A stretch of 64,000 nucleotides of DNA from Podospora anserina (lineage: Eukaryota), in the NCBI GenBank assembly GCA_017654855.1, contig CM030332.1, positions 310,001 through 374,000 on the forward strand, read 5' to 3'. Shown piece after piece: positions 1 to 11,405 of this stretch. The notes beneath the pieces are model-generated. The model did no database searches, was not told the origin of the DNA, and worked only from the letters and a program-made list of their open reading frames with translations. Numbering within the stretch: position 1 is the stretch's first letter; every line of letters starts with the position of its first letter. A program made the translations under genes and the position numbers.

Positions 1-533
1 AACAGAGCCGTGTTGTCTGTTGTTCTCAAGTCCATCTTGAACCAGTGCACCACCGCCCCTGCAACTGGCGTGTTGGCTCTGTGTTCAGCTGTATCTGCCT
101 GTGCAGCCTTTAGCAGCTCGATAGGTCGGGGCAACTCATTGTTGTTGTATGCCCTGGCACGCGCAGTGGACATTTCGTGAGGGTAGTACTTCCGGAGGAC
201 GATGCCATGTTTTTCGGCATCTTGGTGGAAGGGGTGCGGCTCTCGCAAGGGGTCTGACGACAGAGATGGTTCGGAAGGGGGTTCGGCGAGGACGGTCTTG
301 CGCTTCTTCTCTGGAGGCGGTTGGTCAGGGTCGGGCTTGATGAACCCGTTGGTACCATTCAACGTGCCATTAGTGCTTGGCGCACCGTTGGCGGAGGGCT
401 TTCGTTTGGGATATCTACTAGCCGGCATGATGGTGAAGTTGAGAGCTGGCTGACAGTAGTGGGAGTGTAGGTGGAGAGTGGACAGAGATGCAATACCTTG
501 CGAGAGTTTACAAGCACGAAGTAGGAGAAACAT
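1..533 (-). CDS. phr1: Deoxyribodipyrimidine (CPD) photolyase, 5' part only (runs off window start)
   Basis: Manual minus-strand translation from ATG 428: MPASRYPKRK...DPLREPHPFHQDAEKHGIVLRKYYPHEMSTARARAYNNNELPRPIE...AVVHWFKMDLRTTDNTAL, matching the N-terminus of Neurospora-type photolyase. An in-frame upstream ATG lies at 533. Confidence 0.92.
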   Translation of the reverse strand, partial: MFLLLRACKLSQGIASLSTLHLHSHYCQPALNFTIMPASRYPKRKPSANGAPSTNGTLNGTNGFIKPDPDQPPPEKKRKTVLAEPPSEPSLSSDPLREPHPFHQDAEKHGIVLRKYYPHEMSTARARAYNNNELPRPIELLKAAQADTAEHRANTPVAGAVVHWFKMDLRTTDNTAL

Positions 534-1378
534 GGGACTTTTTGTGAAAGAGGAAAGAAGGGACACTGCAAACACTTGCTTACAGCGGTGGCCCGTTTGT
601 TTTGTGCAGCGACACGTCAAGATTGTTGTGATCGCCAACCGGACCCTCAGCCGCCCGATCGTGGTGGACGTCATGGTGTCTGTGACATCGCGCCCCGATC
701 CGATCCGTTTCCAGCTTCCTTTGTTAGCGCGGCACTGACCGCAGCGACACCTTGATGGCGGGAATTTTGGGGCCATCTGCTAAGACTGGCCCCTGAGCCA
801 AATGCCAATTGATGGAAATAGGTAGGTAAACACTTCATTCAGACACCATGCACACTGGACGAGTCAAGGTAAAATGTAAGATCCGTATCTGTACCATAAC
901 GAGCAACTTCTCCGTCACGGCTTTTTCGAGGCCTCTTGATTGATCTACGGCATGGGAGCTATCGAGGTAGCCCCAGACTCCCCAAATATCGAGTATGGAT
1001 TTGGTGAGCTTTTGCTGGCCGGGGGGGCAGTCACGCAAAAATCGAAGCGAGGAATAGGGGGCTTTCCGAGCGGGGCAGGAATAAGTGATCACGATGCCAG
1101 TGTATTTGTTCCGAGTAGATAATGTCCGTTGACGCCGTCGAGAGTTACCGGCAAAGCTGTATCTCTGCGAAAAAAAGAAAACGCATGATTCCCAAACCCA
1201 GCCGTCATCCCGCTGCCCGTCGTCCAAATCGTTCGTTGAAAAAGGCGTCCGGAAAGTTTTTAAAAAACGCACATCTGCCAGAAAGAATCCGTCAGCATTT
1301 CCGCCCGCCGCGATTGATGCTCCACAGCCCAGTCGTCCGACGTACCATCATCTCCTCCCAACAACCAGGATTCGTAAT

Positions 1379-1753
1379 TTATCTCTGGGCAGACCAGACG
1401 TTCTTGAGGAGACCGTCACGCTGAGCAAGTCTGTTCAGAGCATCGTCGCTCTCGCCCATGGCGCGAACGAAACCGGAGAGAGCATAGATGATGTTCTCGC
1501 CCTGGATGGCCCGGCCGTTCTCGTCGACCTTGGCGATGGTGATCTGGCAAGAACCGTGGTCCTTGGCCTTGATGATGCGGCCCGTCGCAGAGCACTTGCG
1601 GGGGACGTAACTGGAGTAGAGATTCCAAAGTCAGCACACAACCCACCACAACCGATCCATCCCTCGTCGCCGTCCGTCTCGTGGTCGTCGGGTTTTGCGG
1701 GAAAAGAAGGCGAGCGCTTACAGATCGACGATCTCTCCCTTGTCGTTCTCCAT
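1379..1753 (-). CDS. RPS21: 40S ribosomal protein S21 (eS21); exons 1753-1722 and 1610-1379
   Basis: Spliced product [93 protein letters not shown]...CAG intron at 1721-1611. Confidence 0.97.
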
Positions 1754-2267
1754 GGCTGCGACTTGGTGATGAGTGCTGCGAAAAGACGGGTTTGGGTTGC
1801 TTTGCGGTGTCGGAGAGGGCAGGACTGGCAAAATTTCAAGAGTCTTGAATTTCGATCAGTTTTGGAGTGATTTGGTGGGTGCCGGGGTCTGTGGGCTTGT
1901 GTGCACAGACCAGAATCGACCCCACCACAGCTCACAAAAAGGAAGTGGACCGCAGGTTGGGCCCTCATGTGCCCAGTCAGGTGACGCCGCGCGGTCTTCG
2001 CGATGTGACAGGCTTGGCTGAGGTGCCCCGCTGAGAATCCAAACAAGGGCAAACCAGCAACTCTTGTGTTGCTTGCGTGGTGCCATTGCAAACGGTGTGA
2101 TGCTTCTCGAGCCTTTATGATGATGCATATCGCTCATCCCAAATGAATACTGTCAGAAACTGCACTTTATCTTCTTTTTTCCGACTCTTGTTGCCATCCT
2201 GTCGACCTTTAACATCTCCCGTCGCACCCTTCCACGCACCGGGCGCATCCTGCCACGGGGCTTGAAG

Positions 2268-5201
2268 ATGTTCTCTTCTCCACCCAGAGGCATGGCGCGC
2301 GACGAGTATCTGGTCGTCATATCTTCTTCTCCCGAATTTCCCTCACTTTGCGACCTTGTCCCGACGACTAAACCGACGACACTCCGCAGCGGCAAGAATG
2401 CTGCTACGATCCCCGGTGATGCGTCAATAACGTTTACGAGCGCTACGACGATGTGGCGGGCAGCCCAACATCCAGGCGCAGAGGACGTTTCAGGCCCGGA
2501 GGTTGGGATTCCAATGCCAGCTCTGAAACATACTGCGCTCGACAAGTCGAAACCAAAGTCCAAACCCCGAGCGCCCACGAAAACAAGGACAAAGAAAGAC
2601 CCTCCGCTTCTAGTGGCGGATGACAGTGTAATTCTTTTGAAATCCTCGGGGGTTGATGTCTCGGTCTCGAAGAAGAGGGCGAAACAACCAAAGTCGGTTC
2701 AGGAGACAACACAGACAACAATTGCTAAAGGCAAGGTGACCAAGCCAGCCACCAAGGAGAAGGTCACGAAAAAGAAAGTGGAGACAGCCAGCAGGCATTT
2801 TGCAAAGGAACCGTCAATATCGAAACCTCCAACGACAAACTCAACAGATGCTGTGGTACCAGTAGAAGAGGACGGACCGGTGATTCTGGAGCCAGCTCTG
2901 CAAAGGAGATTCGATTGGACCCCGCCACGCGAAAGCCTACCCCGACAATTAATACCTGTGGCTGATTCACCAGTGGAAAGATCAACATGGTCAGTGGAGT
3001 CGCCAGAAGCCAATGTCTTCAAGGCTCTTCATGATAAGTTCGGTCGGACGTCTGATGATGTGCAATCAGTTGGCCCCGGTTCAGGGACAAGTTCACTGGA
3101 TGTGTTGGGCAAGAGAAAGCTCATCGAGATGGTGCAGACGGCTGCCGCGAGCATCTCCAACATCAATGCGAATGGCAAAGCCCTTGCAGAATCCCCAGTC
3201 AAGTCAAAGGCTGTCAAGAAGAAGCCACGCACGATCACGGAGCTGGCTACTGCAGCCTACAGAAACCAGGAAGAGCCGTCTAAGCAAGATTCGCTCCTCG
3301 GCTACCTCGACACGCCAGATGCGCAGACTGGGTCATCGAGCACGGTGTTGAGAGGTAAAGGGAAGCTTGGGAAGAAGCCTGCAAAGCCAAGACCATCTAA
3401 GAAGAAGCCTGAGCCCAAAAAGCCCATCTTATTGTCCCCAGAGAGTGCCTTGAGACAAGTGGCCCAACAGGATTTCGTGTTTGGAACTTCAAGTCAACTT
3501 GCGATAGAGGATGACCCCGATTTGCTGCGTGCGCTTCACGAGGCGATGAAGTTGTCAAACGACACGACAGATGACCCCTTTGCAATTCCCAGCCCGGTGA
3601 CAAGCGATCTTGCGGTTCGCAGGAAACCTGCGCGTCTTCTCTGGGGGGCTAGCGCGCGAGATGAGGACGGCGCTCTTCTGGACATGGAGATATTGGATTT
3701 GACCGAATCACCTCCTCCCGCTCATTCGCAATCTCGTGCCAATGACAAGGAATCGTTGGATGACTCTGTGCAGATGACGGAGCAGTCTTTGCCACCACCG
3801 CCGACCAAGGCGCCAGAGCCCATGAGGGAAGCATCACCCCCAACGCCGGGGGCGGATGAACAAAGACATACTGGCAATAGTATATTTGACACCACCGATT
3901 CATTTGCAGAGACCGGGTCAGAAGCGCATGCTTCGCCAAAGTTCCATATCGCCAACGCCGTAGTCGAACAAATTCCCGAGCCGAATGACGCAGATTGGGA
4001 TGACTATATTGACTTTGACCTTCCACCATCCAACCAAGAGCATCACGAATTCTTGTTGACACAGTCGAGCAGCCCACAGCTCGCGCATTCGCCCATCACT
4101 CCAAATCTACAACCAGCATCCACATCCAGTAAACCCACCGCCGACCCGTCTATTCTGTTGCAATCCGGGCCTATGGCTCCATCCAGACCAAAGTATGAAC
4201 TCTTCACCGATGCCCAGCTAGCACGAGATATCTCCAAGTTTGGGCTCAAACCTGTAAAGAAACGTTCAGCCATGATTGCGCTTCTTGACCAGTGTTGGGC
4301 AAGCAGGGTCCAGTCAGCCACAGGAGGCGCGGCTACCAGTGTGCGGACCATATCCACCACCACCTCCCAAGCTGCCTCCAAACCGAGCACGGCTGCTGCG
4401 GCGATCAGTCCACGAGGTCGACCAAGGAACAATTCGGGCACGGCAGCACCATCAGCTGATTACAGTAGTCTGAAGGTCCTGGAGCTGAAGAAGCTGTTAC
4501 AGGAGCGTAGCCTCAAGCAGTCAGGGAATAAGCCAGACCTCATCGCCCGTCTTCAAGATTATGATATGCAGAGGAAGACATCTGCCGGTCTCGCATCTCC
4601 ACGGGGAAGGCCACGCAAAGAGACGGCAAGCTCCCCGAAAAGAACCAAGCCCCGTGAAAAATCTCCTGCAAGACGAGCTACCTCTCCAAGGCGTAGTAGA
4701 TCACCTGCAACAACGCCACGTCGAAGTAAACCACAAGGCAGGGATGGAGTGATTGAGATTCCCGACTCGGATGCCGACTCTGACCTAGATGATCCCATAC
4801 TCTCGTCCCCGCCTTCAGCTGCAAGACGTGCTCGACCAGCAGATGAAGACATGTTTTCTTCTCCTCCCCGGGTAGATCTGTCCATCAATGAAGATGCAGA
4901 AATGTCTCTCATTGCCAGTCCAACCACGGAGCAAGTCTCTGTGTTTGCATACATTACAAAAGCTATCACATCAGCACCTTCATCCAAAGACCCCACTGAC
5001 CCCTCCTGGTATGAGAAGATCTTGATGTATGATCCGATTATTCTCGAGGATTTGGCATTGTGGCTCAATGCAGGACAGCTGGACAAGGCGGGATATGATG
5101 GGGAGGTCTCACCAGCGGATGTCAAGCAGTGGTGTGAGAGCAAGAGTGTTTGTTGTCTGTGGCGGGTCAGCTTGCGAGGGCTGGAGAGGAAGAGGCTGTG
5201 A
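2268..5201 (+). CDS. SLX4: Structure-specific endonuclease subunit SLX4
   Basis: Single long ORF with fungal Slx4 motifs: RRFDWTPP, KKPRTITELATAAY, LLSPESA...QDFVFGTSSQL, SAP-like YELFTDAQL...LLDQCW, and C-terminal WYEKILMYDPIILEDLALWLN...WCESKSVCC. Confidence 0.93.
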   Translation: MFSSPPRGMARDEYLVVISSSPEFPSLCDLVPTTKPTTLRSGKNAATIPGDASITFTSATTMWRAAQHPGAEDVSGPEVGIPMPALKHTALDKSKPKSKPRAPTKTRTKKDPPLLVADDSVILLKSSGVDVSVSKKRAKQPKSVQETTQTTIAKGKVTKPATKEKVTKKKVETASRHFAKEPSISKPPTTNSTDAVVPVEEDGPVILEPALQRRFDWTPPRESLPRQLIPVADSPVERSTWSVESPEANVFKALHDKFGRTSDDVQSVGPGSGTSSLDVLGKRKLIEMVQTAAASISNINANGKALAESPVKSKAVKKKPRTITELATAAYRNQEEPSKQDSLLGYLDTPDAQTGSSSTVLRGKGKLGKKPAKPRPSKKKPEPKKPILLSPESALRQVAQQDFVFGTSSQLAIEDDPDLLRALHEAMKLSNDTTDDPFAIPSPVTSDLAVRRKPARLLWGASARDEDGALLDMEILDLTESPPPAHSQSRANDKESLDDSVQMTEQSLPPPPTKAPEPMREASPPTPGADEQRHTGNSIFDTTDSFAETGSEAHASPKFHIANAVVEQIPEPNDADWDDYIDFDLPPSNQEHHEFLLTQSSSPQLAHSPITPNLQPASTSSKPTADPSILLQSGPMAPSRPKYELFTDAQLARDISKFGLKPVKKRSAMIALLDQCWASRVQSATGGAATSVRTISTTTSQAASKPSTAAAAISPRGRPRNNSGTAAPSADYSSLKVLELKKLLQERSLKQSGNKPDLIARLQDYDMQRKTSAGLASPRGRPRKETASSPKRTKPREKSPARRATSPRRSRSPATTPRRSKPQGRDGVIEIPDSDADSDLDDPILSSPPSAARRARPADEDMFSSPPRVDLSINEDAEMSLIASPTTEQVSVFAYITKAITSAPSSKDPTDPSWYEKILMYDPIILEDLALWLNAGQLDKAGYDGEVSPADVKQWCESKSVCCLWRVSLRGLERKRL

Positions 5202-5536
5202 GGACCGAGTCGTGGTTTTTGGAGTGTTTGCGCTGTTTCACTGTACCATGTGTACTATACACGAGTATGGATATGAGTGATGACTGGAAACAATGGATTT
5301 ATGCCTTCAATTCTGAGTGACAGTCTGCCTGTGATGCTGTTGGAGTGTGTCAGCGGGAATGGGCCGGAAATAAGCGGGGCCGAAGCAAACCGAGGTTGAT
5401 AGCGCCAAGTTTCAGAAGATCCCCTCATCACGGTGACCGGAAACCGTTTGACGATGAGGATAGCGTGAGTGAGGGGGAACCTGGACGGTTCTTTTCCCCA
5501 ATTTGGAGTCTTTTTCTATTTTGGTTTCTATTAAAC

Positions 5537-6846
5537 ATGAGCTCTTTGCATTTTGTCGTCATATCCAGGAGTTCTGGCTTTGCTCACTCATTCCGGCTCT
5601 CTGACGCGACGCGCTCACTCTCACTCACAACCGTCCACTCGGTGCTCAACGCCAGCAAGAGAAATTTCGTCACAACGTCGAGAAATCAGGACCAAGGGCC
5701 CCTTTTTGAAAAAGCAAAAACAATGGACCCCAAACTGTACACCAAGTCAGCTGCACCGTCGTCAACCAAGTGGCCTGCGCCCAGTCCCAGTGCCAGCATC
5801 CTGGTCATCTCGCCCACCAACAAAGTATTGCTGTTGAAGAGAGTCAAGACGGCCTCTTCTTTTGCGTCCGCGCATGTGTTTCCTGGTGGCAACGTGGATG
5901 AGTTTCATGATGGGGTGACGGCCAAAGATGAGCACCTGGACAATATCGTCTATCGAAATGCTGCCATCCGTGAGACTTTTGAAGAGACGGGTATTTTGTT
6001 GAGTAAAAGGCCTGTTGAAGTCAGTGATGAAGTGAGGGACAAGGGACGAAAGGATGTCTACAACAGACAGATCCCCTTTGGGGATTGGGTCAAGGACCAT
6101 GGTGGTGTGGCGGACACAGGTTTGTTTTTGTGCTCCTCGCCCCTTTTCTCGTCAACGGACTTTTAACACAGATAGACTCCCTCATCCCCTTCACCAGATG
6201 GATCACCCCACCCCCAGCCAAAAAGCGCTTCACAACCCAAATGTACCTCTACTTCCTCCCGGTATCCTCCGCCAACTCGTTCTCCGAAAAGCCCAGCAAG
6301 ATCCACACCCCTACCCCAGAAGGCGAGCAGGAAAAGGAGCACACCTCTGCGGAGTGGGAGTACCCCCTCACCTGGCTGTCCAAGGCCCAAAGCGGGGAGA
6401 TTATGCTTTACCCACCGCAATTCTACCTCTTGAATCTCCTCTCCCCCTTTTTGAACAACTCCAATACGGATTATGCCACGCAGCGGAAGGGGGTGAGGCA
6501 ATTTCTGGAAAAGGTGCCGACTTCAAGCGGGGAGTACGACTCGTTTGATGGAAAGCTCAAGCCCAAGGTGTCGAATACCCATCTGATTGGCTGGAAGGAC
6601 AAGGTAATCTCGCCTAGTGTGATGTTTGCGCCGGGGCAGCTGTACAGGGACGAGACCGTGTTGAGTTTGGAGTCGCCTGGTCCTGAGCTCGGGGCTCAAA
6701 AGGGGAACACGAGGGGAGGGGATGCGGAGAGGGTGGTGGTTGTTGAGTTTGAGAGGAAGAGTGGCCCGAGGGGGATCAAGATTGTTGACAGGGGGGAGGT
6801 GGGGAGGCTGTGGGAGGACAAGGAGAGGAAGGGGGCGAGGATATGA
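5537..6846 (+). CDS. Nudix hydrolase, NUDT19-like; intron 6120-6175; alternative start at 5723
   Basis: PSASILVISPTNKVLLLKR...HVFPGG...AAIRETFEETG (Nudix box); after splicing, LIPFTRWITP...KRFTTQMY and GEIMLYPPQFYLL. Confidence 0.88.
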
Positions 6847-7893
6847 GGTTGAGGTAGCTACTGTCTGTAAACACCTGTTCGTTTGGAAGGCGTCCATGGT
6901 GCTCTGATGCCGGATTTTGGATGGAGAATAAGAGTCGGACGTTCTAGGTTTCAAGTGGGGGTCCATTGGCGTCCTCTTTCCTTGTTATGTAAGGCAAGCA
7001 GTGCCTTGAGCTTGAGCACTTTGAGTTTGCTTGTCTTTGAGCTTCTGAAAGCTTTTAAACTCTCCATCATACAACAAACTTGGACCACCAAGAAACTTGG
7101 ACCGCATTCCTGTCGTCTCTCTTATCTTCATCCAGCAAACACATTTATCCCATAGTGTTTCTTTTCAGCTTGTCCTGTAAGCTAGTGCACACGTTAGGTA
7201 TTTAACCGGCCAAGCACCATTCAATCTTCCAAGCATTCTCAACACATTCGTCACCAGATTGTGACACAGTTCCAATGGACCCCCCCACTGTTGCCTCCTG
7301 TGATACCCATCTGAGGCTTCTCGAGTCTTTCGTGGCCTTGAGGGACAGGGTGCGATAATGAGCGCAATCGAACCAGACAGACCAAGAAGCATTGTGGGAT
7401 TAGTTTCTTCGTCTTACAACCGCCCGGTTTTATCGTTGGGTTTTCTCCGTGAGCGATACTGCGATACAAACCTCGCTGCCACCGCTCGGTGAGTTACTAA
7501 GCTTTTGCATATGTGATTTTATCGTGGATATGCTAATGGTTCTGCCTCTGATAACATAGACGTGCTGATGATTTGGCATTCCTTCATATTAAATCCGTAT
7601 GTTTATAGAGGCTGATGCACAGCAGTCCGTCTAAGCGGAGCTGCTGAGCGCGGTCTACAGTGGAAACTGCTTATAGGTAACATGCTGGTTTTATTCCAAC
7701 ATACAAAATATCTCCAGGACAACGATTAACAAAGTGGTCATACTCAGCGCAAAGCCATCGATACTGATCCGGCAAAATTCTCTCTCTTAAAGTCACAAGT
7801 GCGGGATATTGCACTTCTAGGCCTCTCTCCCGACCTCCTCGTTGTTTTGAAAGAGAAAGGCACGTCTCAGACCGACGTTTCCCAGCTTTTATC

Positions 7894-8166
7894 TGTGGAA
7901 ATACTCGAGATTTAGGCAAGGAATCACGACTTACCTACTTACTAACCTACTACGTACGACTTAGTAGCTGCTGTGAATCGTTAGGCTAAGTTCGCCCTAA
8001 TAATAATACGATTTGGATGGATTTACAGCCCCTATTTATACTTAATCCTTCGGCGTGCGATCATACGATACAGTAGCTTTCTTCGACTATTTTAAGTAGG
8101 GCCGGTAGGCGTGCCTACCCTGGACATAGACCTGGTCTGGCATACACACTAACTCTCCCCCGCACA
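7894..8166 (-). mobile_element. Probable solo LTR relic (~270 bp)
   Basis: TGTG...CACA termini, TATAAATAGGGG on the minus strand, TpA-rich RIP-like composition, non-coding. No target-site duplication found. Confidence 0.4.
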
Positions 8167-8356
8167 ATACTTTCAATTCTCAAGATATGTCACCCACGGA
8201 CGTTTTATTAACCATAATAACGACCTCGAGCACAAGGCCCTTTCTTCTGGTTTCGAGCAGACAAAACAGCTGTACAAGCGCCATTTTGACGAGAAATATG
8301 TTCTCTGCAATAGCTGGTTCTGTGAGGCAGCTCGTTTACAACCCGACGGGGTCTTG

Positions 8357-8775
8357 TGTGACGAACCCCTGTACAGAACCTCTGAAAGGGATACGGGTTG
8401 AAGGTAACTTCTGACAATTGGTTCGGTGCAGCTAAACAGTGCACAACAAGATGTCTCAATGTAAACACAAGATACCGTGAATACAATTGTGAATTGCATA
8501 CTGCGGAACTGTCTATCTACACCAGCCAGTTTCTCCGTATATATAGACCTCAATCCTCCAGGTACCTCCGTACCTGGCTCACCACGATCACCAAGTGAGC
8601 CTGGTGATCCGTCCTGGCTCACCACGCTCACCCAGCGCTCCTGGCGAGCCGGCTCACCTCTGCCAAGAGGTGAGCGCCCCACTGTCCTGCAGCCCCGTCG
8701 TTACCTTTCACTTGATTGGCCACCACGGCCTGCTGCAGTCTCCACTCTGGCTTGCTATATGGTTGGTCTGTGACA
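8357..8775 (-). mobile_element. Solo LTR of a retrotransposon (419 bp)
   Basis: Minus strand reads TGTCACAGACC...GGGGTTCGTCACA, with internal GGTGAGCC repeats (U3-like) followed by TATATATA. Flanks TCTTG/TCATA are at best a degenerate TSD. Confidence 0.7.
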
Positions 8776-9785
8776 TCATAGTAGCTGCAATGGTTCATAA
8801 TGTCAACGGGTGCAGTTGAGCCAACACCAGATTGTCAACTAGGTAAAGGATGGAGTTACCATTTCAGCCGTGAAACTACAGAGTGGGGTTTGAGTACCGT
8901 GGGCTTGTAGATATGTTTGTATCTGACTGTTGTCACCACCACAGCGATGTTCAATGAGACCCATTGTCCTTTTTCATCACCAATATCATCCGGGACTCAA
9001 CGTTATTCCGCAAGACCTTGTCAGAGCCACGAGATTCCAAGTTACGTACCACATGACGAACAGCTTGATCACATGTTAGTTGTACTCCCCGTGTGAAAAC
9101 ACAACTTGACAATTTAGGTAGTACTCACCTGGCCGATCACCCCGTGGGTCGGAATCCCAACTGTTGAAGAGGCTGACCTGGGTGGGGGTTTGGTCTCGAC
9201 ACCAGTACCACTCATGGCGGGGGATTGTAATTGTAGTACGTTGTGCGGCTCATGCCCGTCTCAGAAGGCAGCTCAAATTCCATGACATCGTCGGCGCGTA
9301 TGGTTTGGGGATCACCGAAAGAGTAGTAGCGCTGACAGATTCGATAGTCTTCATCTTCACCAAACTTTATAATAATTGCCCTGCCTTTGCACGTTTCCGG
9401 TTAGTTCAGCACCATCAATGCCCATTATAAACGACCCGAACATCCTTTAATTGACACTGTGTACTAGGCCAGGTTTGGCTGTCGCGATGGACGAATCCAG
9501 ACCACGCCTTCTTCTTCGGACTCGTCAGACAGTACCGAGGCTTCACCAGCGCCGAGATAGCACAGTGATCCCCATTCAAGATGCAGGCAGTCATAGCCTG
9601 AGGTGTTTCGATCAGGTAGCGGTCGTCGTGAACAGAGCCCAATCACAGTCAGGGTGGTCACCTTTCAGGGGTGAATTGGTTGAGGCGAGCGAGGGACATC
9701 ACCACTTGGTGACACAATGACTAGCGGTGATGCCTCATAGAGTGACATCGTGGTTCGGTGTTCGGTGTAGTACAACGGCCGGTTT

Positions 9786-9936
9786 GGTCCAAGAGAACAA
9801 GTCCGAGGCGTCAGCCGGCTCGCTCCACTTTCCGCCGCCCTCGGACAACAATCCGATTTGTTCTGCCGGTCAAATATTGGAACGGGGAACAGTCGGCGCT
9901 TGGGTCCGAGAAAACAAATCCGAGGCGTCAGCCGGC
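9786..9936. repeat. 34-bp direct repeat (9786-9819 and 9903-9936) upstream of the secreted-protein gene
   Basis: GGTCCAAGAGAACAAGTCCGAGGCGTCAGCCGGC vs GGTCCGAGAAAACAAATCCGAGGCGTCAGCCGGC, 31/34 identical. Confidence 0.85.
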
Positions 9937-10288
9937 AGGCTAGGCATCCCGCCGAATGAGGAAGGAGAGATTGGTGATAATGATGTTGCAACAGAGTTGC
10001 TGGTGTATTGAGGAAGAAATCAACTACCTCCACGGTGAGAGAGAAGAAACTAGCCCAGGTTGGCCTGAGCTCCCATGGCAGCAACTGTGGACCCTGCCTC
10101 ACAACAGATGATGAGAGACGTCCGGCCGGAAAGGCATAAAAGGGCTGGCTCCCCTCTGTGTCCTGGAGCTGTTGAACTCTTCACCCCTCCAACCAGCTCA
10201 AGCATCACCGAGGAAAACGCCAGATTCCACATCTAGCAACTCAAAAGCCTTCTCAGAGCATTCTTTTACATCCTTCTCAACCGCCAAT

Positions 10289-10831
10289 ATGAAGTTCCTT
10301 GCCCTCTCTCTTCTCGCCACCTCCGCCGCCGCCGTCGACCTGCACCTCGAGTTCGCAGGCGGCTGCTCAACTTCAGGAGGCGGCTACATCTGCTACAACT
10401 GGAACCCCAACTCGTGCTGCAGCGTTAACGCGGGAACCTTTTTTAACAGCGGCAGCTTCAGAGCCATCCCGCCCCAGTGGAACATCCAGGCGCGCGGGCA
10501 CGCCCCCCCCAGGTGCGGCACCATTCGCCAGCAGGAGGACAGCCGCGGCCGCGACTACGTCTGCCTGGGCAACGGGCCTTTTGGCGGGCTGGGGTACGGG
10601 TTCAACAACAGGAAGATGATTCGCGGCGCGACGGTGGAGGAGGAGGAGGAGGAGACGGAGACAGAGTGCGTGCAGCCGAATGTGATGTACCTGGCTGATG
10701 GGACGCAATACAACTACACGGCTATTGTCGAGGCCAAGCTGGACACCGTGGAGCTCAATGAGATTGCCAAAGCTGGCGCGTCGGCGGCGGACATCCCGGA
10801 GAGTTTCGAGGCTTTCAAGATCGTGCAGTAG
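10289..10831 (+). CDS. Small secreted cysteine-rich protein (180 aa), effector/toxin-like, function unknown
   Basis: Signal peptide MKFLALSLLATSAAA, 6-Cys N-terminal domain, basic RKMIR linker, poly-Glu, acidic C-terminal domain; strong C-ending codon bias; TATA-like CATAAAAGG at ~10134. Confidence 0.85.
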   Translation: MKFLALSLLATSAAAVDLHLEFAGGCSTSGGGYICYNWNPNSCCSVNAGTFFNSGSFRAIPPQWNIQARGHAPPRCGTIRQQEDSRGRDYVCLGNGPFGGLGYGFNNRKMIRGATVEEEEEETETECVQPNVMYLADGTQYNYTAIVEAKLDTVELNEIAKAGASAADIPESFEAFKIVQ

Positions 10832-11405
10832 ATGTTCGGATGACGGCAGATCTTGAGACTCCTGTCAGGATTCTAAGAGGCGGAGCGGGTTGATGCTTGG
10901 TATGGCGGGTTGGCGATGTGCCTCCTTCCTTTCGTTCATTACTTTCGTTCATTACTTTCATATGCTCACCTTGCCCGGGTGTGCATTTCTCTTGCCGTGG
11001 GCCCCGGCCGCCCGACTTGTGGGCGTTAAACAACAAATAGACTCTCATTTCGAGAGAAATCGAATGCTGTTTCTCAGGAAGAATTACTGCCAAAATCTGA
11101 GGAAGATTTCTTCTTCATTTCTGCATTTAAACCCCTAAGTCTTCCAATGAACATGAAGTATATAAGCGCCGATAGAAAATACAAATCGAAAATAAAACGG
11201 GCTGTAGAGAATATAGGTACTTCGGTACATCGAGCTTGAATTTTCAGGGTCTCACCTGGCAGATGGGGCCAGCCATGATACCAGTCACCTGTTTCCTCCT
11301 GTGGAAAAGATTAACAACCACGGATCCATAGTATCACAGGTTGAAGCGCTTATAATTGGAGCTTAAGAAGTTTCAGGGCGGGTAATGTATTCATTCAGCT
11401 ACAGA

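Noticed and set aside
1-6846. Photolyase-SLX4-Nudix as a DNA-repair gene cluster
   Set aside because: Interrupted by RPS21, and the Nudix is NUDT19-like (CoA); adjacency is probably ordinary synteny.
9100-9170. Faint resemblance to the 5S rRNA 3' end (GAATCCCAACTGTTG)
   Set aside because: The rest of the 5S sequence and its internal control boxes are absent.
9164-9720. Coding-like minus-strand fragments
   Set aside because: Several frames with stops and no recognisable motif; no gene call can be supported.
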